From Selaginella moellendorffii (lineage: Eukaryota > Plantae > Lycopodiophyta): DNA of 64,000 bases. The stretch covers positions 558,813 to 622,812 of the forward strand of contig NW_003314343.1 of NCBI RefSeq assembly GCF_000143415.4. The letters are read 5' to 3'. A program made the position numbers and the translations under genes. Positions within the stretch are counted from its first letter, which is position 1. Each line of letters starts with the position of its first letter. Under the pieces are notes generated by a model. That model ran no database searches. It was not told the origin of the DNA and saw only the letters and a list, made by a program, of their open reading frames with translations. Positions 63,764 to 64,000 of the stretch are shown here, piece by piece.

Positions 63764-64000
63764 TTAACTTTCTTCTGCCTCATCATCAACATAATGATTT
63801 CTTTTATACTTCCTCCTATAGTGGTATTGTGGGGAAGATTCACCTTGCATATGTTGAGCCATGGCTTCTGCATAGTTAGGGAGACTTTGAAAGCCTCCAA
63901 TTCTAGAAACTCCAGGTGATTGTGATCTATAAAATAGAATGAAATATATATTGAAATTTTAATAAACATAATTTACCTCCTTGAGGTTGAAGGCAACTCA
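63764..64000 (-). CDS. 3' end of a spliced gene running off the window
   Basis: GT-AG intron at ~63976-63927. The last exon reads SQSPGVSR...RRKYKRNHYVDDEAEES*. Confidence 0.4.

Larger units (their letters stand above)
61592..64000. mobile_element. Unclassified inserted element (one end only)
   Basis: Begins ggggatggtcc where LTR-element homology breaks. Has subterminal (agttg/tcaac) short repeats, small ORFs and TGACA-rich tandem arrays. Confidence 0.5.

Overview
Plant nuclear DNA, most consistent with a Selaginella-type lycophyte (47-57 nt introns, PLS-type PPR gene, DUF26 receptor kinase). About three quarters of the window is transposable elements. These include degenerate Ty3/Gypsy pol fragments, several copies of a non-coding ~7.3 kb LTR family, 5S-rRNA-bearing (Cassandra-type) TRIMs and one tiny TRIM with a perfect TSD. 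Host-like genes sit at 39.8-50.5 kb (Crinkler-like NTPase/nuclease, CRK, PPR, F-box relic, coiled-coil ORF), with a B-lectin ORF at 14.7 kb. The outstanding feature is a 13.6 kb DNA transposon (15862-29450, perfect 22-bp TIRs) with a Sola1-like DDD transposase on +. Divergently on -, it carries an 11-exon, ~1630-aa gene that I reconstruct as a ParB/Srx-like domain, a degenerate N6/N4-methyltransferase-like domain, an acidic linker and an FCP1/NIF HAD phosphatase. About 28 copies of a 22-bp palindrome (ATGGCRTG-N6-CAYGCCAT) are spread from end to end of the element, notably one in each of four ~50-nt introns, and I saw none outside it. This suggests a ParB/parS-like, self-targeted chromatin or anti-silencing system. 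Domain calls are motif-based by eye and the functional model is inference.
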